Shown here piece after piece: positions 1 through 9,455 of a DNA stretch of 64,000 nucleotides (the first letter of the stretch is position 1; each line of letters opens with the position of its first letter). The notes beneath the pieces are model-generated. The model did no database searches and was not told the origin of the DNA. It was given only the letters and a program-made list of their open reading frames with translations. The translations under genes were made by a program, and so were the position numbers. The stretch comes from an uncultured archaeon (GTDB lineage: Archaea; Asgardarchaeota; Thorarchaeia; Thorarchaeales; Thorarchaeaceae), in assembly GCA_964558645.1 (NCBI GenBank), contig CAZLEV010000001.1, positions 253,568 to 317,567 of the forward strand. Direction: 5' to 3'.

Positions 1-626
1 TCTATCCGCGATTTCCGAACGGGACAGACTTCACACGGTGTTTCACGGTCAGCCCAGATCTCGTAGCACCTTTTACCTTGCAACCGTTCAGCAGTTTCAC
101 CAACAGATTCTGCCGCCGACCTATTAGCCCAAATGATTCTGTGATCCAAGTCTTGTAGCAGGATGTGAAACGGGGAACTGTCGAGAATCGCGGCCTTTTC
201 TCTCTCAGATTCGGCAAGCTTGAGTTCGGCTTTTCTCTGCTCTCTTTCTGCTTGGTAACGATTAGCCTCTTGCACTATCACTCTTGCAAGCATCTGATAC
301 TGCGTCTGTACATCGTGGCTCTTCTGCATGTATCGGTCAGCTCCCAGATTCAGCGCTCTTATTGCAACTTCCTCTCGCCCCTTCCCAGTTAACAGAATGA
401 ATGGGATATCGGTCTCCCTTCGGATTATCTCCAGTAGCTGAAGCCCGTCCATCTCTGGCATGGCGTAGTCAGAGATCACGATATCGTATTCCTCTTCTCT
501 GAGCAGATTAAGTGCATCTCTTGCAGAAGTTGTAGAAGTAACGTTGAATCTTTCATCTTCCTTTGTGAGAAACACCTTTGCTATCTCAAGGAAGTCCTCC
601 TCATCGTCGACATGCAAGATCTTCAT
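1..626 (-). CDS. REC-PAS signalling protein, probably a hybrid sensor kinase; runs off the window edge
   Basis: Manual translation (absent from ORF track): MKILHVDDEEDFLEIAK...YDIVISDYAMPEMDG...LLTGKG...GADRYMQK is a receiver domain, followed by PAS-like ILDSSPFHILLQDLDHRIIWANR...GKRCYEIW...CEVCP. Confidence 0.9.
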   Translation of the reverse strand, partial: MKILHVDDEEDFLEIAKVFLTKEDERFNVTSTTSARDALNLLREEEYDIVISDYAMPEMDGLQLLEIIRRETDIPFILLTGKGREEVAIRALNLGADRYMQKSHDVQTQYQMLARVIVQEANRYQAEREQRKAELKLAESEREKAAILDSSPFHILLQDLDHRIIWANRSAAESVGETAERLQGKRCYEIWADRETPCEVCPVRKSRI

Positions 627-987
627 TCGATATACCCCTTGAAGTCCCTCTGTTCGGGAGGTTCTCACTCCTAGGTTATCAGGTGGTTACAGATTGGGCT
701 CTATGTCATATAACAGTTTACAGAGCGTATCTTACACGTGTGTTCTAAGTGTTGTGGGTTACTACCTGGATATCGTTGCAGTCCGAGAAGACTGACTGAC
801 GTTATCGATGAGGAGTTCACCAAAGTCCAATGAAGAATAGCTGGGAATATGCCTGGGTGACAAAGGGCCAGACTCTCAGCACTCGTCAGAGGCGAGAGAA
901 ATCGTCACGCTTGAGGGGGCACGCTTTGCCGAAGTTATCAAGGGATGCGAGATGTCCGATTGAGTAGGGACGGACTGTAGGAATCTG

Positions 988-1413
988 CTATTCTTCCATC
1001 TGCCCTCGGGTATCATAGTATGTGGTTGCGGGGCATCCTGGGCAATTGAATTCTGATTTTAGAGAGCACTTGGAGCAGTCAGAGCCGCAGGGAGATATGT
1101 CCTCTTCAGAACCCTCCAAGTGGATGGGCATTTGGAACTCCTCAATAGGCTTATCGATGAAAGAGAGCTCTACAGCATCTGCACCCAGAGCAGTCGGATT
1201 GTCTTCTAGGTAGGTGAATAACCCCCGCATATCATCTTGCAACGCGAATACACCATAGTAGACATTCTTGGTTGTTCCCGATAGTATGAGTCTTGGGCAG
1301 TCCTTCATACTCATTGCATTGTCTTGTGCCTGCCCGGGTGTTGCGAACCTCGCTCGCATAATGCCAAGAATATGATTCGGATTCTCGTTCATAATAGAAT
1401 TGGCCCCTTTCAT
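988..1413 (-). CDS. Hypothetical protein with C-terminal Cys cluster (DUF3795-like)
   Basis: SPCGSDCSKC...CPGC; true start may be the second Met (MNENP). Confidence 0.7.
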   Translation of the reverse strand: MKGANSIMNENPNHILGIMRARFATPGQAQDNAMSMKDCPRLILSGTTKNVYYGVFALQDDMRGLFTYLEDNPTALGADAVELSFIDKPIEEFQMPIHLEGSEEDISPCGSDCSKCSLKSEFNCPGCPATTYYDTRGQMEE

Positions 1414-1602
1414 GCCTATGATATGATTTTGATGACAGGACTCAGATGTAGTATTGTTCTAGTTTCAGACTATCGCTTACAGCAAATCCCAGAAGTCCCA
1501 ATGACGGACCATTGCATGCACAGCCCACTAATCAGTTTAAGATGACCAAGAAAAAGCAGAGATGGACTGAGCCCTGTGGTAGAGAGTTCAGTCCAGGTTT
1601 GC

Positions 1603-1773
1603 TCAATCCTCTATCTTTTCAAAATCAGCTTTTCCCGCGCCGCACATAGGGCAGACCCAATCATCAGGAATATCCTCAAATTTCGTTCCCGGCTCGACAC
1701 CCGAGTCAGGGTCACCTTTTTCCTCGTCGTACACCCAGCCACAAACTAAGCACTCATAACGAGCCAATGTCAT
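1603..1773 (-). CDS. Rubredoxin
   Basis: Manual translation (below ORF-track cutoff): [56 protein letters not shown], with two CxxCG knuckles. Confidence 0.97.
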   Translation of the reverse strand: MTLARYECLVCGWVYDEEKGDPDSGVEPGTKFEDIPDDWVCPMCGAGKADFEKIED

Positions 1774-2082
1774 ATCTCTCCTATTGTTCGTGTCAGCGTT
1801 GACTGCTCTGTTGTCTTAAAGAGTTTACTGTCGTCAGTAGGTGGCGACTATCAGTCGCTGTTCCACGCGTTTGTGGTCGGGCGTCCATCTCCATGAGAAG
1901 TCCTCAAGCTTATACCCGTATGTCCACGAGCCCGGTGGGCCGGTCTTGGTATGTCGCTAATTGCCGCTCAATCACTGAATCCTGATCCAGACAGGTGGTT
2001 TTAAGCTCGTATGAAGGCCGGCCTCATGTAGCATATGGACGATTTTGTATGACTGTATTAGACACTGGATAGACTGAAGGGC

Positions 2083-2994
2083 ATGTTTCTGGGTGCATCA
2101 GTAGGGGCACAGGACGTCGCAGTCTCTTCTCCTACTTTCCAAGAGCAACGAAACCGCAGAACGTGGCACACGTACAAGGTCATTCCCATCCGACTCACGG
2201 GGACCATCACGACCGAGAAGTCCCCCTACTGGAAGGAGTACGGCCGGTGACACATCACCGCGGGCGGGAACCTGATCGATGTGGTACGTGGGTGTCGTGG
2301 TGATGTCCTCCATGACAACCGGGGGTGTTTCGGAGACTGCTATGCAAAGGACGCATCCCGACGGTTCCGCGTCCTCTTCAATAAGCCCCAGCGCATGGAG
2401 TTCAGGAAAGACCCCCTCACAAGAGATGTTGACCGGCTTGGAGATGAGTGGGTTCGCAGCGGTGTTGTCGGAGCCCTTGCCTTCGCGTGGAACCTCCCCC
2501 GCGATGTCACCCACTTCCTCGACCAGTGGGGCATCACGGTAGTACATCTCACCCGCTTCTGGGAGGAACCTGACGACCTGCTTCTTGCGGAACTTGCCCG
2601 ATATGAGAGCATCATCTACGGCTCAGTCAGTATCCTCGACCCGCCAGCCATCCGAAACCGTATCCTGCACAACCTCGACAGGTACGAGGAGTTCGGTGGT
2701 CGTTCTGTTTGTAGAGTGGTCACAGTGGCCGTCAGAGACGATTCGGAGCTCTGGGACCTGCAGGCTGACCTTATGCACCTAGACTCAGTCCTCGGACAGC
2801 CTTTACGATTCCAGGGGTCAAACCCCTTCATCGATGTGTTCAATCTAGACATCTGCGAGCCCATCCCGGCCAACACCGCAGGCAAGCCCTCTCACAAGTG
2901 GAAGAGCGCGGGTCAGCTCTATCCGAAGCGTGCCTGTGTCGGTCACTGCTGGTCGTGCTACCATCAGTGTGTCGGTAACGTGAGGTGCTGGTGA
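2083..2994 (+). pseudogene. Radical-SAM-like (DUF5131/Gp37-Gp68-like) gene with one in-frame TGA at 2248-2250
   Basis: ATG 2083 is in frame with ORF 2281..2994; motifs GC...GCFGDCYA and C-terminal CVGHCWSCYHQC. Confidence 0.5.
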
Positions 2995-3007
2995 TGGGGT
3001 TGTCTGA

Positions 3008-3841
3008 CTACAGCCCGAGGATGACCTCTCGTTCCTCAGGGCTGTACCTGTCCAGTGCAGCCCGCAGCTCTGGATGTTCTAAGAACATGTCGAGTTCTCT
3101 CAGCGTGCGAAGCATCGAGTGTGGGGTGTCCCTGGACTCATCACGAATCCTGTCACAGAGTGCCTCAATCACAGCAGGGTCTTCTCGTATCCATGCGAAT
3201 CGCTTCACCATGATGGCCGCATCGATGAGGCTCTTGTCCTGTCTGATACTCTCGATGATCCTCGGTTTTGCTCTCACGAAGGCGCGATGGAAGTCCTCAT
3301 CCTCTGCAAGATACGGGACGTATGCCACCAGGGCTGCGTGATGCCAGTTCCTGCGTATCGATTCGAGGATATCATCTCTCCGTGCAAGGATGGCACGCTT
3401 GATCTGTGGATGGTGACACAGCCCCAGCCCAGCACACACGATGTGAACCTGGAACAGGATACTCTCACAGCTGGCGATGTTGTACGCTATGGCCTGTCGG
3501 ATGATGTCGAGCTCCCGGTACTCACGGACGAAAGAGATAGCGTCGACCAGAAGGGTGTTGCCCCCTCGAAGGCCGTCAGCAAAGGCCAGCTGAACCTCCT
3601 CCTCCAGCCAGAGCTCCCTCAGGTCGCGGAGGACAACAACGAAGTAGTGAGCCACCACGCGGTTCATCAGGATGCGGTGGGTCAGGGACGCGATAAGGCC
3701 GTTGGTCTTGTACAGCTCGTAGAATCGGTCCTTATGGTGGCGGAGCAGGTGAGCCTCGTCAGGGTATTGATAGTCCTCTCCAGTGGTCGATACCAGCTCG
3801 ATGAGCGCATCGGCAATCTGTTTGTCGATGGGCAAGTCCAT
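3008..3841 (-). CDS. Hypothetical helical protein
   Basis: 277-aa ORF with purine-rich RBS-like sequence upstream and protein-like composition. Confidence 0.7.
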   Translation of the reverse strand: MDLPIDKQIADALIELVSTTGEDYQYPDEAHLLRHHKDRFYELYKTNGLIASLTHRILMNRVVAHYFVVVLRDLRELWLEEEVQLAFADGLRGGNTLLVDAISFVREYRELDIIRQAIAYNIASCESILFQVHIVCAGLGLCHHPQIKRAILARRDDILESIRRNWHHAALVAYVPYLAEDEDFHRAFVRAKPRIIESIRQDKSLIDAAIMVKRFAWIREDPAVIEALCDRIRDESRDTPHSMLRTLRELDMFLEHPELRAALDRYSPEEREVILGL

Positions 3842-4095
3842 GCTATGTCCCCCCTCTCAGAGTCCCAAACTACCTATATAGACTACGCCATTAGGAGGCG
3901 ATATCGTTTTTAGTTCTCTTCTTCAATTGATGGGTATCATGACTATTGAACGGGGAGTACTGGAGAGCATCTGCAGACTTGTGATGGAGATGAGCATGAG
4001 AAAGCGTCGTGGGCTACACACCATGACACTGAGGAGGATCAAGAGGCTCTTGGAGGGGAAGGGTCTAGTCTAAACCTCGATTGGAGTGAAGACCA

Positions 4096-5388
4096 ATGGA
4101 TGAGCAACCAAGCGAAGACGGAATCAGGGGAGGCCTTCATGGGGACTCCTCTGTGGAAGAACCAGACGAGAGATACCCCCCATCCAACGAGAAAGTCTTG
4201 TTTCTCCTCAACAAGCACACAGGCGTTGCACCGTATTCGCACGAATTCCAACTGGGCGGCTTAGACCCTCAGATGCTCTCGGGGTTCGTAGGTGCCATGG
4301 GGAGTTTTCTGGGAGAATTCGCTGGTTCCGAGGAGTCGACGTGGAAGACGGTCTATGGCGCAGATAGCACGTTTGTTGTCGAGACAGGAAAGTGGATTGT
4401 GGGTGTCTTGGCCGTATCCAGAGAAACAGGCCGATTGAGAAGCCAATTGCGAAGTATTGTGAGGGAGTTCGAGCAGACGTTCGGCGCTCTCAAGGACGCA
4501 GATGGTCTAGAAGGTAGAGTCTTCGAGCAGTTCGACCAGTTCGTGCGCAGAGTCTTCAGTAGAGAGCGGATAGCAGCGCAGTCGGTTCTCTATTGGAGGC
4601 GAAAACGCCCTGAGGACCTGTTCGTGTCGTTAGAAAGTCCTTCAGATTCGTACCACCTGACCAAATCTCTCATGTACCTCAGGAACGGCATGTCTGTGAG
4701 CCAGATATCTCAAGAAACAGAAGTCCCTCTGGACAAGGCGAAGGACCTTCTTTCGCACGCGTACTGGCGTGACATGATAGATGTCAAATACGTTCCGTCA
4801 CCCAATGACATCCTCGAGCTCTCAGAGGGCGCGCTCACCAAGGCACTGAATCCGGAGAATCCTCTTGGGTTGGCCACTGACACACGAAGCCTACTTGGAG
4901 CTCTCGATGGTCGGACCAGTCTGGACGTACTGAGTGCCCGAATTCAGCATGGTGAAAGAGATGCTGTTCTTCAGGAAGTTGGCCGCCTTATCTCCATGGG
5001 TGTCGTGAGCAGAATCACGATCGAAAAGAAGCTGCTCCTTGTCAATGAATGCGTCCTGACTAGGCTCGCACAGGCATGTTCTGAGTTGCTTCAGAGTGCT
5101 GAACTTCGGGGGATACTTGGACAGTTGATTCATGAGGGGGTTCCTCATCATCCTTGGCTCGCCAGAGTTCGAGTGGATGTCGACCTATGTGTGATCTGCA
5201 GTGCAGACGGATCTCTGAGTCCGCAGGATCTTGACTGGGCCTCTCAGGCACTCGAATATCTCACTGAACGTTTTGTCGATTCACTCTCTACGAAGCTCAA
5301 TAAACGCGATGCACAGGACCTGCTGCACTACGCTCGAAGGCACTGTCAGGAAGATTGGGTTTCCGAGTTGAATGAAGGACTCATCTAG
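4096..5388 (+). CDS. Longin-like domain protein with probable winged-helix modules (Asgard-type)
   Basis: N-terminal LFLLNKHTGVAPYS...DPQMLSGFVGAMGSFLGEF...LRSIVREFEQTF pattern; later helix-turn-helix-like segments (MSVSQISQETEVPLDKAKDLL; LDGRTSLDVL). Confidence 0.65.
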   Translation: MDEQPSEDGIRGGLHGDSSVEEPDERYPPSNEKVLFLLNKHTGVAPYSHEFQLGGLDPQMLSGFVGAMGSFLGEFAGSEESTWKTVYGADSTFVVETGKWIVGVLAVSRETGRLRSQLRSIVREFEQTFGALKDADGLEGRVFEQFDQFVRRVFSRERIAAQSVLYWRRKRPEDLFVSLESPSDSYHLTKSLMYLRNGMSVSQISQETEVPLDKAKDLLSHAYWRDMIDVKYVPSPNDILELSEGALTKALNPENPLGLATDTRSLLGALDGRTSLDVLSARIQHGERDAVLQEVGRLISMGVVSRITIEKKLLLVNECVLTRLAQACSELLQSAELRGILGQLIHEGVPHHPWLARVRVDVDLCVICSADGSLSPQDLDWASQALEYLTERFVDSLSTKLNKRDAQDLLHYARRHCQEDWVSELNEGLI

Positions 5389-5978
5389 AGATGGCGGACT
5401 GCCTATCCAAAGAAGACTCACTGGGCGATCATCGAGACCTAGATATGCATATACCATAGTGCACAACTGAGACCGAACGTAATCAAGGGTTGCTGCCGCC
5501 GCTCTAAGTATTTGTTTCTCTACAACTACACTTTGACTGGTTCTGCGCGCATCGTAACATGCAATTCAAGAAGTGGAGGCAAGTTGCATATCAAGGACTG
5601 TCTGGTGAAAAACGGGTGTCGTCGCACCTGAGTCTCACTATTGGCACCCCCTCCTGCTGTGAGCCAGATGTACTATCTCCGTCTATCTCGCATCCTCCAT
5701 GAACCCGCCTGCTGTACTCAAGTCGCCGGGAGAGGCGCGACTCTTCTTGAATGACATCCCAGGTCCCTATATACCTGCTTCTCTCCGTCTTCATCGCTTT
5801 CGTGGTATTGCGTCATCACCTCGCGATGGCATGAGCGAAACGAGAGGTACACGCCCCGAATTCATGTAGGAACCACTGTTACGTATGAAATATCGTTATA
5901 AACTATTGAGGATGTTTTCTTGTATGTGCAGGAGCCCAAAGCCTGTTTGCACTAAACGACAAGGGGAACAACGGCGGA

Positions 5979-7067
5979 ATGGAAGACCTACAACTATTGG
6001 TATCCCTAATAGAAGGAACCAATGACCTCATTCACAGCGTGAAACCCAATGGACACTTCGAGTTCGTCAACAGAGCATGGCTTGAGACCATGGGGTATGA
6101 TGATACGGAAGTTGACCAGCTTGAACTCAAGGAGATTATATTTCCAGGCGAGATGAAGAAGCACCAACAGACTGTTGCAGGGATTCTCAAGGGACAAGCG
6201 CGAACGAATGTTCAGACGACTTTCGTCACCAAGCATGGCGATATGGTCCATGTGGAGGGGAATCTCTTTCCTCGAATGGAGGGAAACCAGATTGTGGCAG
6301 CCACAGGCTTCTTCCGTGATGTCACAGACAGGAAGAGAACCCGCGAGAAGCTGAGAGAGTCGCGAGCGAGAATCGAGTTTCTTGTTGATCTGATGGTGCA
6401 TGATCTGACTAACATCAATCAAGAGATACTCTCAACCTTCGAGGTCCTGCTGTACAATCCTTCCATTCCCAAGCGGATGGAGGGCTTTATCCGTGAGGGA
6501 CTAAGCGAGGTTGACCGAGCTTCGAACCTGATCTCAAACGTACGCAAGCTCACGCGTCTAGATACCCTCACTCCAGTCCAGAAAGAGTGGGAATTCACCA
6601 AGATCCTTCGAGAAGCCGCCAGCTCCGTGAAGAGCGACTTCCAGTCAAAAGAGCTGGATCTTGAGATCAATGTGGATGAAGGCGCCTACTACATCGTTGG
6701 CGATGAGTATCTCAAGGATGTTTTCTACAGTCTGTTCCATAATTCGATGAGATTCGATGATAGTGAGAGAGTGAGAGTCATCGTGGATACCGAAGAGGTG
6801 GAGCACACCCCATTCCTGAGGGTCGAGGTGAAGGACTTCGGACCGGGTATCCCTGACGATGACAAGGAGGCCATATTCCGCAGGTTGTCGCATCGTCGTG
6901 AGAGCATCATGGGTCTCGGGTTAGGCCTTTCTCTGGCGAAGAAGATACTCGAGAACAACGGTGGATATATTCGGGTCGAGGACCGGATAGAGAACGATCA
7001 CACAAAGGGCGCGAACTTTGTATTGCTTCTTAGACACAAACGGGGCACTGAGATACAGGAGGAATGA
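5979..7067 (+). CDS. PAS sensor histidine kinase
   Basis: PAS domain; H-box HDLTN; N-box HNS; DFGPGI; GLGLGL. Confidence 0.95.
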   Translation: MEDLQLLVSLIEGTNDLIHSVKPNGHFEFVNRAWLETMGYDDTEVDQLELKEIIFPGEMKKHQQTVAGILKGQARTNVQTTFVTKHGDMVHVEGNLFPRMEGNQIVAATGFFRDVTDRKRTREKLRESRARIEFLVDLMVHDLTNINQEILSTFEVLLYNPSIPKRMEGFIREGLSEVDRASNLISNVRKLTRLDTLTPVQKEWEFTKILREAASSVKSDFQSKELDLEINVDEGAYYIVGDEYLKDVFYSLFHNSMRFDDSERVRVIVDTEEVEHTPFLRVEVKDFGPGIPDDDKEAIFRRLSHRRESIMGLGLGLSLAKKILENNGGYIRVEDRIENDHTKGANFVLLLRHKRGTEIQEE

Positions 7068-7441
7068 TAATGGCTCGGATAATGATTGTGGACGATGATA
7101 TATTTCTTCACAAGGTGCTAGAGCGGATTCTATCGATAGGAGGGCATCAAGTTGTTGGCCATGCCAGTGACGGTGCAGAGGCCATCGAGGAGTTCATGAA
7201 GATGAACCCTCGACCGGACATCATTCTAATGGACCATCGAATGCCGGTGATGAATGGAATCACGGCAACAAGAGAGATTAAGCATCTGGACCCCCATTCA
7301 AGGATTCTCTTCGTCAGCGCAGACGATTCTGTCGTAGATGAGGCAGTAGATGCAGGTGCCGTTGGGTTCCTGACCAAGCCGGTTCGCGCTGCGACTTTGT
7401 TGGCCTCTATCGAAGGCCAGGTGGAGCAGAAATCATCATAA
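7064..7441 (+). CDS. Stand-alone response regulator receiver (CheY-like)
   Basis: IVDDD, MDHRMPVMNG, KP; ATGA overlap with the kinase. Confidence 0.95.
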   Translation: MIMARIMIVDDDIFLHKVLERILSIGGHQVVGHASDGAEAIEEFMKMNPRPDIILMDHRMPVMNGITATREIKHLDPHSRILFVSADDSVVDEAVDAGAVGFLTKPVRAATLLASIEGQVEQKSS

Positions 7442-8046
7442 TAAGTCTTCTCCGCTATCTTCACGCCGCTGGCAGACACGTTGCGGGAGATGTTTGCTTG
7501 ATAATGTTCTAGGTGTTGCATGCAAGCAGATGAGTCGCGAACGAAGAAACGCCATCCATGCCTTCGTGAGCATCCTGCCCAGAAGAAACATCTTTTTCAG
7601 ACATATTCTCCATCCTCTCTTGGCAGAAGGTAGATTAGACTATCAAGAAGGTCACCTCGCAGATATGCCATAGAGGATTACTCCTCCAACCGTAATGACA
7701 ACTTCTTGAGCATTGCATCAAAGACTCACTCGGATATCCGCTTGGCCGGAGAACCTTTTCGGACCAGACATACTCCCCCAAGGACCGATATCTATATCAA
7801 ACTCATGAGGTATCTAGGTCTAGTCCATCAGTCGCAGGGTTTCGCTCGAATGAGCTGCAGAAGACTGGCTTCCGCATCGCGCGATTCATCTGCAAAGACC
7901 ATAGTATCTAGATGAAGACCATGAGGCATACGTATGGATATGGTATCCGGGGATCACCAGAGTGGAGTATTTAGGTACCTTGGGCTCCACAGTCTGTGCG
8001 GAAAGCGCTGAGCTCACAGGCGATTCGTGTACGTGCAGTGATAGTC

Positions 8047-9141
8047 ATGGCTAGGAAACAGAACTCTGACGAATCCGACACTAGTGAAGAAGAGATCGCC
8101 GGCGAATTGGCTCACTTGGAGAGAATCGCCCATCAGATGGTGTGCCTCCGCCACGCTTCAAGGACCCTATCTGATCCAGAGCGGCCGCTCTTGGAGGTTC
8201 TCGACACTCTGGTGCACATGCTCCCCGAGGGTTGGCAGGCACCAGATCTTGCGGTGATGAGGGTCATCATCGACGACAAGGAGTCAGCTACGACGGGATT
8301 CATGGAAACCGACCTCTGTATCAAGTCCGACGTGATGATACGAGGCAACAAGCGGGGAGTGGTTCAGGTGTGTTATCTCTCAGATGAAACGAGGGTTGTC
8401 CCTGACGGCTTCCTTGATGGAGAGATCACGCTCCTGGACACAATCGCGGACGAGATTGCAGCCTTCGTTGACAGAAAGGATATGCTGCGGGCCAAGGAGC
8501 AACAGCACCGAGAGCTGGGTATCATCGCCTCGCTCCTCAGGCACGACGTTCGCAACGACTTGGGCGTCATCCTGAGCACTCTGGATCTAGCTCGAATGAT
8601 AACCGCGGAGGACGACAGCGAACTTCAGGACATTGTGGACACCATCGAGGCCACCTGTGAGAGAATCCTGTCTCTGGTTTCTACACTGGGCGAGTCCGCT
8701 CGAGTGGCAGATATGGATGTGTGTACCCTCTTGTCTCTGGTATCCAAAAGGGCGGAGGAAGTCAACAGGAATCTCTCAGTTCGTGTGAAGGTCGCCAAAT
8801 CCGCTCGCAACATCAAGATTCCGGACAGCAGACTTATCCCTGCCGTCTTTGACAATCTTCTGAGAAACTCAGCTGTATATGGCGGAGCCGACCCACAGGT
8901 CATCATTGATGCCTCGATGAAAAATGGGGAGCTTGAGGTCATCGTGTCTGATGATGGACCTGGAATTGCTGATGAGGTGAGGGGTCGGCTCTTCGAGAGA
9001 GGCGTGACTACCTCCGGCTCCGGACTCGGGCTGTATCTTTCGAGGCAGATCATCGAGGGAGTTGGGGGGAACATAGAACTAGTCGAGGGACATGCATCAT
9101 CGGGTGCCACATTCCTCATCACCCTGCCAATCAGAAGATGA
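8047..9141 (+). CDS. Histidine kinase with GAF-like input domain
   Basis: HDVRN, NLLRNS, DDGPGI, GSGLGL. Confidence 0.92.
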   Translation: MARKQNSDESDTSEEEIAGELAHLERIAHQMVCLRHASRTLSDPERPLLEVLDTLVHMLPEGWQAPDLAVMRVIIDDKESATTGFMETDLCIKSDVMIRGNKRGVVQVCYLSDETRVVPDGFLDGEITLLDTIADEIAAFVDRKDMLRAKEQQHRELGIIASLLRHDVRNDLGVILSTLDLARMITAEDDSELQDIVDTIEATCERILSLVSTLGESARVADMDVCTLLSLVSKRAEEVNRNLSVRVKVAKSARNIKIPDSRLIPAVFDNLLRNSAVYGGADPQVIIDASMKNGELEVIVSDDGPGIADEVRGRLFERGVTTSGSGLGLYLSRQIIEGVGGNIELVEGHASSGATFLITLPIRR

Positions 9142-9455
9142 CAACTTGCCTTACTAGCAGACAATGAGGGGCGATATCTGATCGTTGCAGTAGAGTAACA
9201 TAGGGATACGGATTGCTTGGTCTTCTTCGACCAATGATTCGATGGCCGCGGTATTCAGTGCTTGTGAAACCGGGCCACATCAAAGACCCGCGTGGTTTGG
9301 CGGGATTGATGAGAAATACGCAGCGTCATGTCACGAATTAGTTTATATCGTTAGGTCTGTTAGTAGACAGATTAGGGATTAGAGACCGGGTTAGCGAAAT
9401 GCTCCATGTATTCTTTAGAGACACATTGTATCATGGTGCACTCGGGTAGGTCATC

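Noticed and set aside
3119-3913. 264-aa plus-strand ORF and many similar antisense ORFs
   Set aside because: Shadow frames of better-supported genes on the opposite strand
9323-9336. GCGTCATGTCACGA as an operator (also half-sites near 13446, 19808 and 26957)
   Set aside because: Core mismatches or wrong spacer; cannot be distinguished from chance without a PWM
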